NCBI GenBank assembly: GCA_043803385.1
Contig: JAZDKA010000010.1
Location: 989-64,988 of the forward strand
DNA length: 64,000 bases
Direction: 5' to 3'
DNA from: Patescibacteria group bacterium
GTDB taxonomy: Bacteria > Patescibacteriota > Minisyncoccia > Moranbacterales > JAKLHP01
Shown here in pieces: positions 47,500-57,135 of the stretch (within the stretch, counting starts at the first letter, position 1; each line of letters starts with the position of its first letter). The notes beneath the pieces are model-generated. The model was not told the DNA's origin. It saw only the letters and a list, made by a program, of their open reading frames with translations, and searched no databases. The position numbers and the translations under genes are program-made.

Positions 47500-47862
47500 T
47501 CAGCCCCGAGAAATCGGGGTTGGGTTTTTCCACGAACCTAACCGGCTGGCATAATTAAATGAGTAGAAGTAATTGCTCCAACTTTTGTCTGTAGAATTAT
47601 ATTCATTTTTAAATTCGAAATAATCAGCAAGAGTTTCTCGCAGCCTTGTCAACTCTTTGAGCCGGTTTTTATTCTTAATGTCGGAAATGGCGAGATCCAA
47701 TAGCTCGAGCGCCCGATTAAATGCCATATGAGAGTATTCCTGATTGCCTTTTCCTTTCCATTTCATTGCCCGCTCTACTTCACTGCCAATATTGGCCATC
47801 TGCTCGAAGAAAGGCATTTCTGCCCAGCGTCCGGAAGCTAATTGTTGATGCTGATAATTCAT
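47500..47862 (-). CDS. Small helical hypothetical protein
   Basis: EQMANIGSEVERA; ATGA overlap with the upstream gene. Confidence 0.8.
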   Translation of the reverse strand: MNYQHQQLASGRWAEMPFFEQMANIGSEVERAMKWKGKGNQEYSHMAFNRALELLDLAISDIKNKNRLKELTRLRETLADYFEFKNEYNSTDKSWSNYFYSFNYASRLGSWKNPTPISRG

Positions 47863-48203
47863 TTTGAGATTAGTTTATTGGTTATTTCCAGAATTTTCTT
47901 TCTTATTTCCGGATTATCCACACCCCGGCTTCGGTTATTTTGCGAAGGACGCAAATTGATCATTGAATCAAATTCGATAAAATCATCCTTCCCAAAAAGT
48001 TCTGGATAAATGTTAATTCCCCAAAGATTTTCCTGCTTGGAGCTATTTTCCAAAAGTAGCGCTTCCTCGTCGGAATGAAGCTCGGCATCAACCGCCATTA
48101 TTCCTTTTTTAATATCAACAACAGCCTTTATCAAATTACCGAACATCTTTCGAGACATTTCCTTGAGTTCATCTATAGTTATGTTTTTTTCTACTATTTT
48201 CAT
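47859..48203 (-). CDS. Conserved hypothetical protein (DUF5674-like)
   Basis: KAVVDI, ELHSDEE, LWGIN, EFDSMINLRPSQNNRS; own TTGACC-N17-TAGAAT promoter; family name from memory. Confidence 0.75.
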   Translation of the reverse strand: MKIVEKNITIDELKEMSRKMFGNLIKAVVDIKKGIMAVDAELHSDEEALLLENSSKQENLWGINIYPELFGKDDFIEFDSMINLRPSQNNRSRGVDNPEIRKKILEITNKLISK

Positions 48204-48238
48204 AATTTAATTCTATCAGGGATAATGGGAATGGTCAA

Positions 48239-48316
48239 AAAACACAAAAACAGGGTTTTATCCCTGCTTTTTAAATTTGTATCATAATCCTACGACCGTG
48301 GGAAAATGACACATTT
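48239..48316. repeat. Module-boundary element, copy 2
   Basis: About 50 bp identical to copy 1, then CCTACGACCGTGGGAAAATGACACATTT. Confidence 0.9.
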
Positions 48317-48320
48317 GAAA

Positions 48321-48890
48321 TCAAAATAAATTATTTTTAATAAAATCAATTGCTTTTATGGTATTTGGATCAGTAGTTATTTTTCCGGCCTCATCGGCGC
48401 TTAGCCATTTATTTTCATAAAATTCTTCAGAAAGTTTTGAAGCATCGGGATTGAATTTATTTTTATCCACCGGAACGAAATGCCATATATCATAATGAAC
48501 ACGGCAGGGTTGTTTTTCCGGATTGTAAATTTCCGTAATTGTAAGAAGCGCAGGTTTTTTGATGTTAAAATTATCGAAATCTAATCCCCATTCCTCGTCA
48601 ATTTCTCTTTTTAGCGCCTCTTTTATTATTTCTCCTTTGTCTATATGCCCACCGTTAATCAGCCAAAGTCCTGATTTTTTATGATGCCCTATGAATATCT
48701 GCTTTGCATCCGGGTCATAGGCGGAAAAATAAGCGCAAAAGTGTGATTCCGGATTTTCTTCTATGGTTAATCCACCTTGATTTATTCTCTCAATAAATTT
48801 TGAAGCTAGTTCATCACTCTTGAATCGAGAACCAATTAATTCTTCAATTTCCTGTTTTAAATTTTTTCCTTCGTTTCCCATATTGATCAA
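48321..48890 (-). CDS. Nudix hydrolase
   Basis: GGHIDKGEIIKEALKREIDEEWG Nudix box; HHKK..LW; HYD. Confidence 0.9.
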   Translation of the reverse strand: MINMGNEGKNLKQEIEELIGSRFKSDELASKFIERINQGGLTIEENPESHFCAYFSAYDPDAKQIFIGHHKKSGLWLINGGHIDKGEIIKEALKREIDEEWGLDFDNFNIKKPALLTITEIYNPEKQPCRVHYDIWHFVPVDKNKFNPDASKLSEEFYENKWLSADEAGKITTDPNTIKAIDFIKNNLF

Positions 48891-48901
48891 ACCGCTATTT
48901 T

Positions 48902-49861
48902 TTATTTGAGTTCTTTTTCTATTATTCTTGCAACCGGTAAAAAAGTCTCTACCAGATACAAAGTATATTTTTCGGGAACATATTTTATCGGAACATGATA
49001 GAGATCAACCCAGATGTGGCTATAGATAGCATACAAAATTGATTTTTTCAGATATGCCTCCTCTTCTTTGCTCATCCTTCTTTTTCGATCATAACCAGCA
49101 ATAAATTCTTTTAAAAGCAAGCTATTTAATTTTCCTTTAAAGCAACAATTAAACATTATAGTCTTACCTACATCAACCATCAGTGGACCTAAATAGAAAT
49201 TCCCAAAATCAACAACGGCTGATAATTTTTCACCGACAAAAAGTTCATTTTTAAATCCAATATCCACATGAATCGGCCCGATGGGAAGCTTTGAGGTGGG
49301 ACGATTATCTATCACTCCTTTTTCAATTATTTTAACGACTGATTTTAAGATTGGATTTGTTTGCCTATAAGCATAAGGCTTCATTTTTTTCATTATATCC
49401 GGGCTAAGATCATAAAATCTTCTTCTTGTTTCCAGAATCTTTTTGAATTTAACACCGCGCTTGTGAAATTCTCCCAAAAACAGTCCGAGGTTATGAGCCA
49501 TTTTCGAAGTCATTTTTTTAGGCCATTTTCCGGAATAAAATTTATCAACCGTAACCCATCCGTCTTTAAATTTTTCAATATAATTTCCTTTGGCTGATTT
49601 CAGATATATCGGAACTGACATTCCTTTTAATGTTTCCAGCATATCTATTTCATACTGCAACGATTCTCTTGATTTGGCTGAAATCGTCTTTCTATTTGAT
49701 AGCTTATTTTTAGAAATGACAAATTTTCCCTTTGTGGTAATTGCTGAAACTTTTAAACATTTTCCATATCCTCGATAAAGATAAGATAATTTTTTTATCT
49801 TTCCCAGCCTATACATTTCGGCCAAAATTTGATATTCTTCATTGGTATAAAAATCAATCAT
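48902..49861 (-). CDS. APH-fold phosphotransferase (homoserine kinase type II-like)
   Basis: LPIGPIHVDI...N, VVDFGN. Confidence 0.8.
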   Translation of the reverse strand: MIDFYTNEEYQILAEMYRLGKIKKLSYLYRGYGKCLKVSAITTKGKFVISKNKLSNRKTISAKSRESLQYEIDMLETLKGMSVPIYLKSAKGNYIEKFKDGWVTVDKFYSGKWPKKMTSKMAHNLGLFLGEFHKRGVKFKKILETRRRFYDLSPDIMKKMKPYAYRQTNPILKSVVKIIEKGVIDNRPTSKLPIGPIHVDIGFKNELFVGEKLSAVVDFGNFYLGPLMVDVGKTIMFNCCFKGKLNSLLLKEFIAGYDRKRRMSKEEEAYLKKSILYAIYSHIWVDLYHVPIKYVPEKYTLYLVETFLPVARIIEKELK

Positions 49862-50874
49862 ATTTTTGTATTGAATTTTCTTCTATATTTGGCAAGTTGA
49901 TAATTTTCTTTGTCCGAAACGAGAACCTTTTCAGGATTCAGAACTTCAACTTCCATATCCTTGAGATCAGGATTTTTTTTGATCATTTCCTTCATTTCTT
50001 CTATGTCATTTTTTCCAATAAACACCCCCTTAACGTTATATTCTTTGTGATTTGATTCAAAAACAGATCCGCTTCCAATGTCCCCCTTCAGAGAATCTCC
50101 GACTACTATTAAATTTCTAGGCATACTAATTCCCATTTTTTTCAATTTATCAGCAAGAAATTCCATGGCTCCATCCTTTCCATGTCCTTCAAAATCTTTT
50201 TGATTGGCCATAGTTAAGAAAGATTCTCCTAAATTTAAAATTTTACAGATGAACTTGGCGAATGGAGGATCATTAGCTGTCATAATAACCATAGGAATGC
50301 CCAGTCTTTTATAAAGATTTACCAAATGGAAAACTGGCTTTATTTTTGCTTGTTCAAATACTTCCGGATTTTCTTTATCAATTCCTTCTGCTATCTCTGC
50401 TGATTTTGCGCTATGCTTCATGGAACATTCAGCTGCTTCATCATGTGCTTCCCCGGATTCATCGACTTCTTTTTTGTGGGTTTGGAGCCAATCTTCATAT
50501 GTTTTGAGATCTTTCCATTCACTGTGGCCATATTTATAGATTCCAAGCATGCGGTGAAAAACACGATAAGTCGTTCCCAGATGAAGGCTGCTCAAATATT
50601 CCTTTTCAATTTCATCTAATAGCTCGCCGTCCAAATTTTCTTTGTCTTCCAACATTTCTTTAAAAAGTTCTTTAATAGCCGGACCATGAGTAAAACCACA
50701 TTCGGCTAGAGTTTTATCGATATCAAAAAAAGCGATAGCCTTCGGAACCCCGTTTTCTAGAGTTATTTTTATTTCTTTATTTTCACCGCTCTTTGCCTCT
50801 ATGTCAGATTTGATGCCAACATATGCTTTTTCCTTTTCCTCTGAAATCGCTGGCCACTCATTTGAATTAGACAT
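49858..50874 (-). CDS. HAD family hydrolase
   Basis: FFDIDKT, MTAN, K, VVGDSLKGD. Confidence 0.8.
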   Translation of the reverse strand: MSNSNEWPAISEEKEKAYVGIKSDIEAKSGENKEIKITLENGVPKAIAFFDIDKTLAECGFTHGPAIKELFKEMLEDKENLDGELLDEIEKEYLSSLHLGTTYRVFHRMLGIYKYGHSEWKDLKTYEDWLQTHKKEVDESGEAHDEAAECSMKHSAKSAEIAEGIDKENPEVFEQAKIKPVFHLVNLYKRLGIPMVIMTANDPPFAKFICKILNLGESFLTMANQKDFEGHGKDGAMEFLADKLKKMGISMPRNLIVVGDSLKGDIGSGSVFESNHKEYNVKGVFIGKNDIEEMKEMIKKNPDLKDMEVEVLNPEKVLVSDKENYQLAKYRRKFNTKI

Positions 50875-50899
50875 AATTTTGATATTTTTATGATTATTG

Positions 50900-51808
50900 T
50901 TATTTTACTTCCATCGTTTTGCCTTTGGTTGTCACCATTATTTTTTTATCATTAGTTTCACCATCTTCGACTTTAAACGCAATGCTTTCACAGTGTTTCA
51001 TGGACTCTCCAAAATTCTTATTTAGAAAATAGAGGAAAGAATTTTCATGGCTAAAACCCAGAATTTTGATATTTTTTTCAGGATTTTGTTCATTTATTTT
51101 TTCCTGGGCAAATTTTATAAGTCGCAGCATCTTCATAAACTTCAATTTATAGACTGTTTCGGCAGATTTAACATTGGGAAATATTTTTTCAATTTCTTCC
51201 GAGTAAGCGACATAATTATCGCCCCAAGTCCCCTTATTGTCAGCTTCAACTATTTTTCTGGCCACTGCCCATTTTTCCTTGGTTTCGGGGGAAACTTTAT
51301 CTCGAATTTCAGATGGAGCCTCTTCAAGATAATTATCGGGCTTGAAAATTCTTTCTCGTATCACATTCTCCAAATGATCCAGGGTTAAACATCTTATCTT
51401 TCGGATTTCTCCTTCTCCGATTTCTTCGGCTTTATTCGGGCGATTATCGGGAAATTTCTCACTTTTTTCTCGAGGCTGGATTATTTCAAAGCCTTTCCTC
51501 CTGGCCACATCCAGATAAATCTTCGCTGTTTGGGCTGCTCTGACTAAATCGCTAGAAACAAAATACAAGGCATCTTTTTGGGGATCTAAATTACTAAAAA
51601 ACTCTTCGGCTTTTTCATGTGCCAACTTAATTCCTTCCGGGGTTAAATCAGAATTGAACCATTGTTTATCCGAGCTGGGAGTAGCTTCCGGGTTATCCGA
51701 TTTTACAATTCCTTTGTGCAATTGCCCTTCAGCCTTGCTATGGCGTATGGCAAAGAATTCATCATTCTCTTCCTCTCCCCTGTTTTGATATATTTTTTCG
51801 AATGTCAT
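50900..51808 (-). CDS. Histidine phosphatase superfamily protein
   Basis: IRHS, DLTPEG, SSDLVRAAQTA, SHEN. Confidence 0.75.
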   Translation of the reverse strand: MTFEKIYQNRGEEENDEFFAIRHSKAEGQLHKGIVKSDNPEATPSSDKQWFNSDLTPEGIKLAHEKAEEFFSNLDPQKDALYFVSSDLVRAAQTAKIYLDVARRKGFEIIQPREKSEKFPDNRPNKAEEIGEGEIRKIRCLTLDHLENVIRERIFKPDNYLEEAPSEIRDKVSPETKEKWAVARKIVEADNKGTWGDNYVAYSEEIEKIFPNVKSAETVYKLKFMKMLRLIKFAQEKINEQNPEKNIKILGFSHENSFLYFLNKNFGESMKHCESIAFKVEDGETNDKKIMVTTKGKTMEVK

Positions 51809-51840
51809 AGGTTTTTTATTATTTCATTTATGCGTTGATA

Positions 51841-52401
51841 TTATTTGAGCTCTTTTTTAATTTCTTCCAATAAATATTCGAATTTTGTAAATTCTGCTTC
51901 GGAATTGATGTGTCCGCCGTTTTTGATAATGATAAGATTTGTTCGGAGATAATTTGCCAAACTTTTTCCAAGTTCCAGCGGAACGTATGGATCGTTGTCC
52001 GAATTGAAAACATGGAATTTTTTGCAATTTTTTTGTATTTTGCTCCAATTAAAATTTCTGTTGACGAAAGTCTTGTTTATTTCATCAAATTTTGGATTAT
52101 TGAGTTCCCCTACCCATCCCGAAATAAAAAACGCTGACTTAATTGGATTTTTAAGATTTTCAATAACATTCAGCAAAAATCCCACTCCGATGCTATGCCC
52201 AACTATAATCGTTTCACTATTAAAATATTGCTTATATTTGGCTAAAATATTCAGCCAATTTTCCAGCGATTGGTTTTTGGGAGTTGGAAATTTGGGAATA
52301 AAAACATTTTCGCCTAATTTTTTAAGCTCATTTTTGAGCCAAGGAAACCAGTTTTCTCCAGGATTTCCATAGGCTCCATGGATTATGAAAATATTCTGCA
52401 T
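51841..52401 (-). CDS. RBBP9/YdeN alpha/beta hydrolase
   Basis: IIHG, NWFPWL, GHSIG, SDNDPYV, GGHIN. Confidence 0.92.
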   Translation of the reverse strand: MQNIFIIHGAYGNPGENWFPWLKNELKKLGENVFIPKFPTPKNQSLENWLNILAKYKQYFNSETIIVGHSIGVGFLLNVIENLKNPIKSAFFISGWVGELNNPKFDEINKTFVNRNFNWSKIQKNCKKFHVFNSDNDPYVPLELGKSLANYLRTNLIIIKNGGHINSEAEFTKFEYLLEEIKKELK

Positions 52402-52623
52402 ATCTTTATTCTAGCACACAAAAATTCAAAATAAAAAAGCGGTTAGCTGTGAAGAATTAAACCCAACTAACCGCATGATATGAAGCTCCTGGAAAAATAC
52501 TCCGAAAGGTCTGGAGTTGAACCATGACCATTTGAGGGTAAATGAGCCCTTCTTAGGAGACCGCTTCCTTTCTTTTTCCAAGCTGCCAGAAAGAGCTGTT
52601 TAATCTTGATAATTTTATATAAA

Positions 52624-52905
52624 TTATTGCTCTATTTGCTGAAGTATTTTTATTATTATTTTCCCAACTAATGCATAAACGACTATGGCCAAGAGAGTGG
52701 TGAAGTCAAAAGTGAACCTGCCCAGATGGAGAGGAGAAATAAATGATGCGAACGGGCTTACCAATGGCGCCGACGTCTTGTTTATCCAGGAAACGATTGA
52801 CGAAGAACTTCCGATGCCAAAAAATGCCAGGATAAATTTTGCCGAAAGAAGAAATTCGACTATGCTTAATATAATGTTAATAAAAGTTCTAAGTAAACCT
52901 AACAT
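52624..52905 (-). CDS. YggT family membrane protein
   Basis: TM-loop (SAPLVSPF)-FDFTTLLAIVVY. Confidence 0.8.
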   Translation of the reverse strand: MLGLLRTFINIILSIVEFLLSAKFILAFFGIGSSSSIVSWINKTSAPLVSPFASFISPLHLGRFTFDFTTLLAIVVYALVGKIIIKILQQIEQ

Positions 52906-53023
52906 AAATTTGTGTTTATTATTTTTCTATTAAAGGATCGGCTATATGTTAATTATACACCAAATCGCTGAAAAGCACACTTTAATTATTTGAGATTCAT
53001 GATTTCTTTTGTGAAATCTGTAA

Positions 53024-53076
53024 TTTTTTAATTTGTATCATAATTCTACAGCCGTAGGAAAATGATACATTCGGAA
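53024..53076. repeat. Module-boundary element, copy 3 (long hairpin only)
   Basis: TTTGTATCATAATTCTACAGCCGTAGGAAAATGATACATT. Confidence 0.85.
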
Positions 53077-53169
53077 GTGCCATTTTTTATTTAGGGAAAA
53101 TAAAAAAGAGGGACTCAATTGCAAATTATTTCTGCAATTAAATCCCTCGCTGGTCAACGTAGTAATCGC

Positions 53170-54705
53170 CTACTCGAACTCGGTCGTAGCAGGCGGCTTG
53201 TTCGTTTCATCGAAGTATACCCTATTGACTTCAGGATTTTTTGGTATCTCCCGAGATATTATCCTCCTTACTTCGGCTGGTATCTGATAACCTTCGGCGG
53301 TCATAAAATCAAGAGTATCGACTGCACGGACGACAATGGAGCCCTTATACACTCGCCCGTCGCCCTTAATGCCAACCGTATCGACGCAGTTCAGACCGAC
53401 TATAAGCTGGGAAATTTCCCTGTAGACATCGTGTTTTTCCAGTATCTTCCTGACTTCACAATCTGAACATTTGACAACCTTTACTCTTTCACGTGTCGCC
53501 GGCATTCCATTGACTCGGAGAAATATCCCCGGTCCAGGAAACGGCAACCGTTTAAAAACAGATTCCGGCATGCCGATTCCTTCCGATATATCCCTTACTT
53601 CATATTTAAATAGAATGCGCAAGGGATCGTATTTCGGAATCTTGAAATCGACCATATTGTGATGGGACTTTATGAGCGCCGACTCTCCCATTTTGCCCGA
53701 CTCGATGTGATCCGTGGCTATGCCTCCCTGAATAATTATCCCGGCTCCGACAGATTGGGCAACCATGTCCAGAATGTTGGCATAAAGAGGCTGAAAACAT
53801 TTAGTTCTCTTTATTTCAGCATCAACCACGTTAGCCATCTTGCTGAAAAAGAGATCGGAAGCCTCGATTACGATAAGTTCAACATCGGCAGCCGCTGCGT
53901 TCGCTCTCGCATCTTCCAGATCTTCTACTCTCAAACCACCAGTATCAATGAAGCAAGCATACAGCCTAGAACCGAGGATGGGAGCTAAAAGTTTACCGGT
54001 AGAGCTCGAATCAACTCCCCCACTGAAAGCAAGCAGAGCTATCTTGTCTCCGATAATTTCTCTTGCCTCTTCCTGTATTTCTCCGACTGCATCTTTCATA
54101 TTCCAGTCTCTTTCCAGTTTTGCAATACCAAAAACAAACTGGCGGAGAATTTTTTTCCCGATCTTCGTATGAGTCACTTCGGGATGAAACATAATTCCCC
54201 ACATCTTTTTTTCCTTGAAAGCTACTGCTGCAATAGACTGGGTATTGGTAGAACGGGCGATAACTTTGCAGCCGGGCGGAATTTCATCAATAATGTCCCC
54301 ATGACTTGTCCATACTTCGTGGTCTCCATTCAAATTCTGGAATAATTTATTTCCCGGCAAGGTGGTTATCATTACTTTTCCGTATTCCTTGCTCTCCAGT
54401 TTGTCCAAGCTAGGCGTGATTTTCCCTCCATGTTTATAGACAAGCAGTTGCGCACCATAGCAAATACCCAGTATTGGGACGCCGAGATTAAAAATCGATT
54501 CAGGCGGACAAGGCGCGCCTTCGTCATAGACACTGTTGAATCCGCCGGAAAGAATAATTGCTTCAGGTTTACTATTTTTCAGCCATTTTTCCGCTCCAAG
54601 TGGAGACAAAACGGCTGAACGATAACCAAGTTCACCCATTGTTCGTCGTATCACCTGTGTATACTGCGATCCCAAATCTACAATCAAAATCTTTGGCTGT
54701 TCCAT
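53170..54705 (-). CDS. guaA: GMP synthase (glutamine-hydrolysing)
   Basis: DLGSQY, GICYG, FHPEV, SGGVDSS, IKSHHN, PFPGPG, KPPATTEFE. Confidence 0.96.
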   Translation of the reverse strand: MEQPKILIVDLGSQYTQVIRRTMGELGYRSAVLSPLGAEKWLKNSKPEAIILSGGFNSVYDEGAPCPPESIFNLGVPILGICYGAQLLVYKHGGKITPSLDKLESKEYGKVMITTLPGNKLFQNLNGDHEVWTSHGDIIDEIPPGCKVIARSTNTQSIAAVAFKEKKMWGIMFHPEVTHTKIGKKILRQFVFGIAKLERDWNMKDAVGEIQEEAREIIGDKIALLAFSGGVDSSSTGKLLAPILGSRLYACFIDTGGLRVEDLEDARANAAAADVELIVIEASDLFFSKMANVVDAEIKRTKCFQPLYANILDMVAQSVGAGIIIQGGIATDHIESGKMGESALIKSHHNMVDFKIPKYDPLRILFKYEVRDISEGIGMPESVFKRLPFPGPGIFLRVNGMPATRERVKVVKCSDCEVRKILEKHDVYREISQLIVGLNCVDTVGIKGDGRVYKGSIVVRAVDTLDFMTAEGYQIPAEVRRIISREIPKNPEVNRVYFDETNKPPATTEFE

Positions 54706-54880
54706 TTTTCCTCCTTATTTTATGAAATTGTAAAGTTACTTATCCCATCCTAATTTGCTCCTTAAATCTTTTAATAAAAGTTAACTTAAAAACGCTGAAA
54801 AAGCAAGTTTCGGGATAGAAATGTGCTATAATAAGAAAAACAACGAAAAACAACTAAATAAATGGAAAGGCGGGTGAATT

Positions 54881-55513
54881 ATGAAAAAATACATTATTTT
54901 GGGAATAGCTTCTTTTGCGGTGTTGATTTTGGCTGGTTGCGGAACTCAAACAAGCAAAACAATTCCGGCTAGCAATTCAACTCAAGAAAAGAAAACAGCT
55001 TTAAGCGCGGAAGGAGAAACTTGCACTGCTGATGCAAACTGTGAGACGGGCTTAAAATGTACCGGTGGAAAATGTTCATCAGGAAAGGTCAATTCGGTTT
55101 GTGCCACATACAAGGATTGCAACACTGGCCTTTACTGCGTAAAATCAGTTTGCTCCAATCCTCCGTCATATTCAAAATACTTTAATAAAATCATCATTTC
55201 CAAAATGAGGACCGGAATGCCCCCGGGACCGAAAAATATTCCTGTTCCAGCCACCGAATTTAATGCAACCACCGATGCCATAGAAATTGATGTTGAATCC
55301 AAGGCTGGCATAAATGGGGAACTATATTATGAACTTATCAATTCAACTACTGGGGAAATCGCGATGTCTTCGGCTAGCAATAAAATGAAAGTCGACCCGA
55401 GAGGAGGCGGCACTGGCTTTGGCATCCCAATGGGAACAATTGGAGATTTTGAATTGAATATTTACTTCAATAATGAACTCGTTCATACTGCTGCGGTAAA
55501 AATTAGCCAATAA
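54881..55513 (+). CDS. Lipoprotein with tandem Cys-rich modules
   Basis: LAGC lipobox; two C-x5-C-x5-C-x4-C units; SD present. Confidence 0.85.
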   Translation: MKKYIILGIASFAVLILAGCGTQTSKTIPASNSTQEKKTALSAEGETCTADANCETGLKCTGGKCSSGKVNSVCATYKDCNTGLYCVKSVCSNPPSYSKYFNKIIISKMRTGMPPGPKNIPVPATEFNATTDAIEIDVESKAGINGELYYELINSTTGEIAMSSASNKMKVDPRGGGTGFGIPMGTIGDFELNIYFNNELVHTAAVKISQ

Positions 55514-55530
55514 AAAATATCGGAAAAGCA

Positions 55531-55562
55531 AAAAACAGTCCCGAGTGCTCGGGACTGTTTTT
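55531..55562. terminator. Bidirectional intrinsic terminator
   Basis: AAAAACAGTCCCGAG-TG-CTCGGGACTGTTTTT between convergent genes. Confidence 0.85.
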
Positions 55563-55601
55563 GGTAAAAGATTAAAAAATTTCTAAGTTTTTTTATTTTC
55601 T

Positions 55602-56927
55602 TTATAAATTAAGTTCTTCCTTGAATTTTCTGTATCTTTTGTATCCCCGATAATCTTCATACATGTCGAATAAATCCTTGGTTTCTTGATCTAATCTATC
55701 GAATTCTGATTTTTTGTCGGAACGGTGAGCTTCATATATTGCCTTCATTTTAATGAATAAAGTCAGGTCTGTTTTTTTTATCTCTTTTACTTTCCAGTAA
55801 TTTCCTTTGTGTTTTGCGCCTTTATACTCTTTTCTATAATGCCTATATTGTTTATATTTTGCTCCGTGATTATCATCATTATCATCATTATCATCAACTT
55901 CATCTTCATCATCTCCTCCTAGGATATCGTCATCAAAAAATGAAGTGGCATAATATACATTTCCCGTTCCATCCACATACCAAAATTTGTATCCGTTGCT
56001 TTCTTCCGTAAAAGAAGGAAAATAAATGGGAACGGCTTCTGAAATGGCGTGGCTATCGCCCCTGTCCCATTTAATTCCGTTGTCGTCAGGATCCGGATTT
56101 TCGGAATAAGCCACGCCTAATTTATAAATATTATCTCCATCATGCGCCGCGTACATCATTCCGAAAGTTCCATCAGAAAACTTGCCGATCATAAAAGAAT
56201 ATAATGCCCCGACATCCCAATCTCCCGGGTCCCCCATTCCAAAAACGATATTGTTATCACTGCTCCCCTGGAATTCAACATTTCCGATATGATAACTGTT
56301 ATTCCAGCTTATTCCATCCGCAGAAGTGGCATAGTTAATTCTTCTGTCTCCTGCCTCTCCGCCAACATTGGAAAATGATTGGTACCATAATTTGTAAGTT
56401 GCACCGTCTTTAATAACAAAAGGCATATGGCGACCATTATTTTCCCAGTTATGCGGCTCGATGTCAGTAAAAGTCAGCACTTCAGGCGGATCTAAGGGCC
56501 CTTCAAGTCCATTCCAATCTATTCCGTTTGCGCTTTCCGCATAACTAAGCAACCCCGTACCAGCTACTTCAAACCATATTTTATACTTGGAGTCACTTGC
56601 ATCCCAAATAACAGAAGGTTCATGACCATCTTGAATATTCGTCATATCTCCAACCGCCCAGGTTTCTCCATCGGCAGAAGTAGTGTGATAGAAAAGGTTT
56701 AAAGTAGTGTCTTCATACCACATATGATATGTCAAACCAACTTTAATCACTCGGGCATAATTAGATGCCCCCGGTCCTCCGGTAAAAACCACTCCTTCCT
56801 TGGTAATTAGTTCGCTATCGGCTCTGGCTTGAGGAACATTTTCTCCATAAAAAAATCCTGCCAAAAGCAGGAAAACAAAAACAGTAAAATGAATTAATAT
56901 TTTATTTAGTTTAGATTTTATTTTCAT
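55602..56927 (-). CDS. Secreted beta-propeller (glycoside-hydrolase-like) protein with Asp-rich linker and basic tail
   Basis: Signal peptide; repeated YxxWY and S.DG..W (Asp-box-like) motifs; DDEDEVDDNDDNDD; K/Y/R-rich end. Confidence 0.75.
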   Translation of the reverse strand: MKIKSKLNKILIHFTVFVFLLLAGFFYGENVPQARADSELITKEGVVFTGGPGASNYARVIKVGLTYHMWYEDTTLNLFYHTTSADGETWAVGDMTNIQDGHEPSVIWDASDSKYKIWFEVAGTGLLSYAESANGIDWNGLEGPLDPPEVLTFTDIEPHNWENNGRHMPFVIKDGATYKLWYQSFSNVGGEAGDRRINYATSADGISWNNSYHIGNVEFQGSSDNNIVFGMGDPGDWDVGALYSFMIGKFSDGTFGMMYAAHDGDNIYKLGVAYSENPDPDDNGIKWDRGDSHAISEAVPIYFPSFTEESNGYKFWYVDGTGNVYYATSFFDDDILGGDDEDEVDDNDDNDDNHGAKYKQYRHYRKEYKGAKHKGNYWKVKEIKKTDLTLFIKMKAIYEAHRSDKKSEFDRLDQETKDLFDMYEDYRGYKRYRKFKEELNL

Positions 56928-57092
56928 TTTTTTGATTATTCCCCTATGTAAATAATATCACGTATTGCTAATTTTTGAAAGTCCTGTGCATAACTTTTAT
57001 ATGACAGCGAGACTATGCTATTTTAAATCATAAGAAAATACGCGCTTATAGCCATTGCAGCCATCTTAACAGTTGGGTAGAATAATCAACAC

Positions 57093-57118
57093 AAAAACCG
57101 CCTTTATGGGCGGTTTTT
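57093..57118 (-). terminator. Terminator followed by the TGTGTT boundary motif
   Basis: AAAAACCGCC-TTTATG-GGCGGTTTTT preceded on + by AACAC. Confidence 0.75.
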
Positions 57119-57135
57119 ATTTTTCATATGGTTTA

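Noticed and set aside
52500-52565. tRNA gene
   Set aside because: Only a T-loop-like hairpin; no cloverleaf
55869-55912. TCA/TTA trinucleotide repeat as a mobile or contingency repeat
   Set aside because: Explained by the Asp/Asn-rich linker codons
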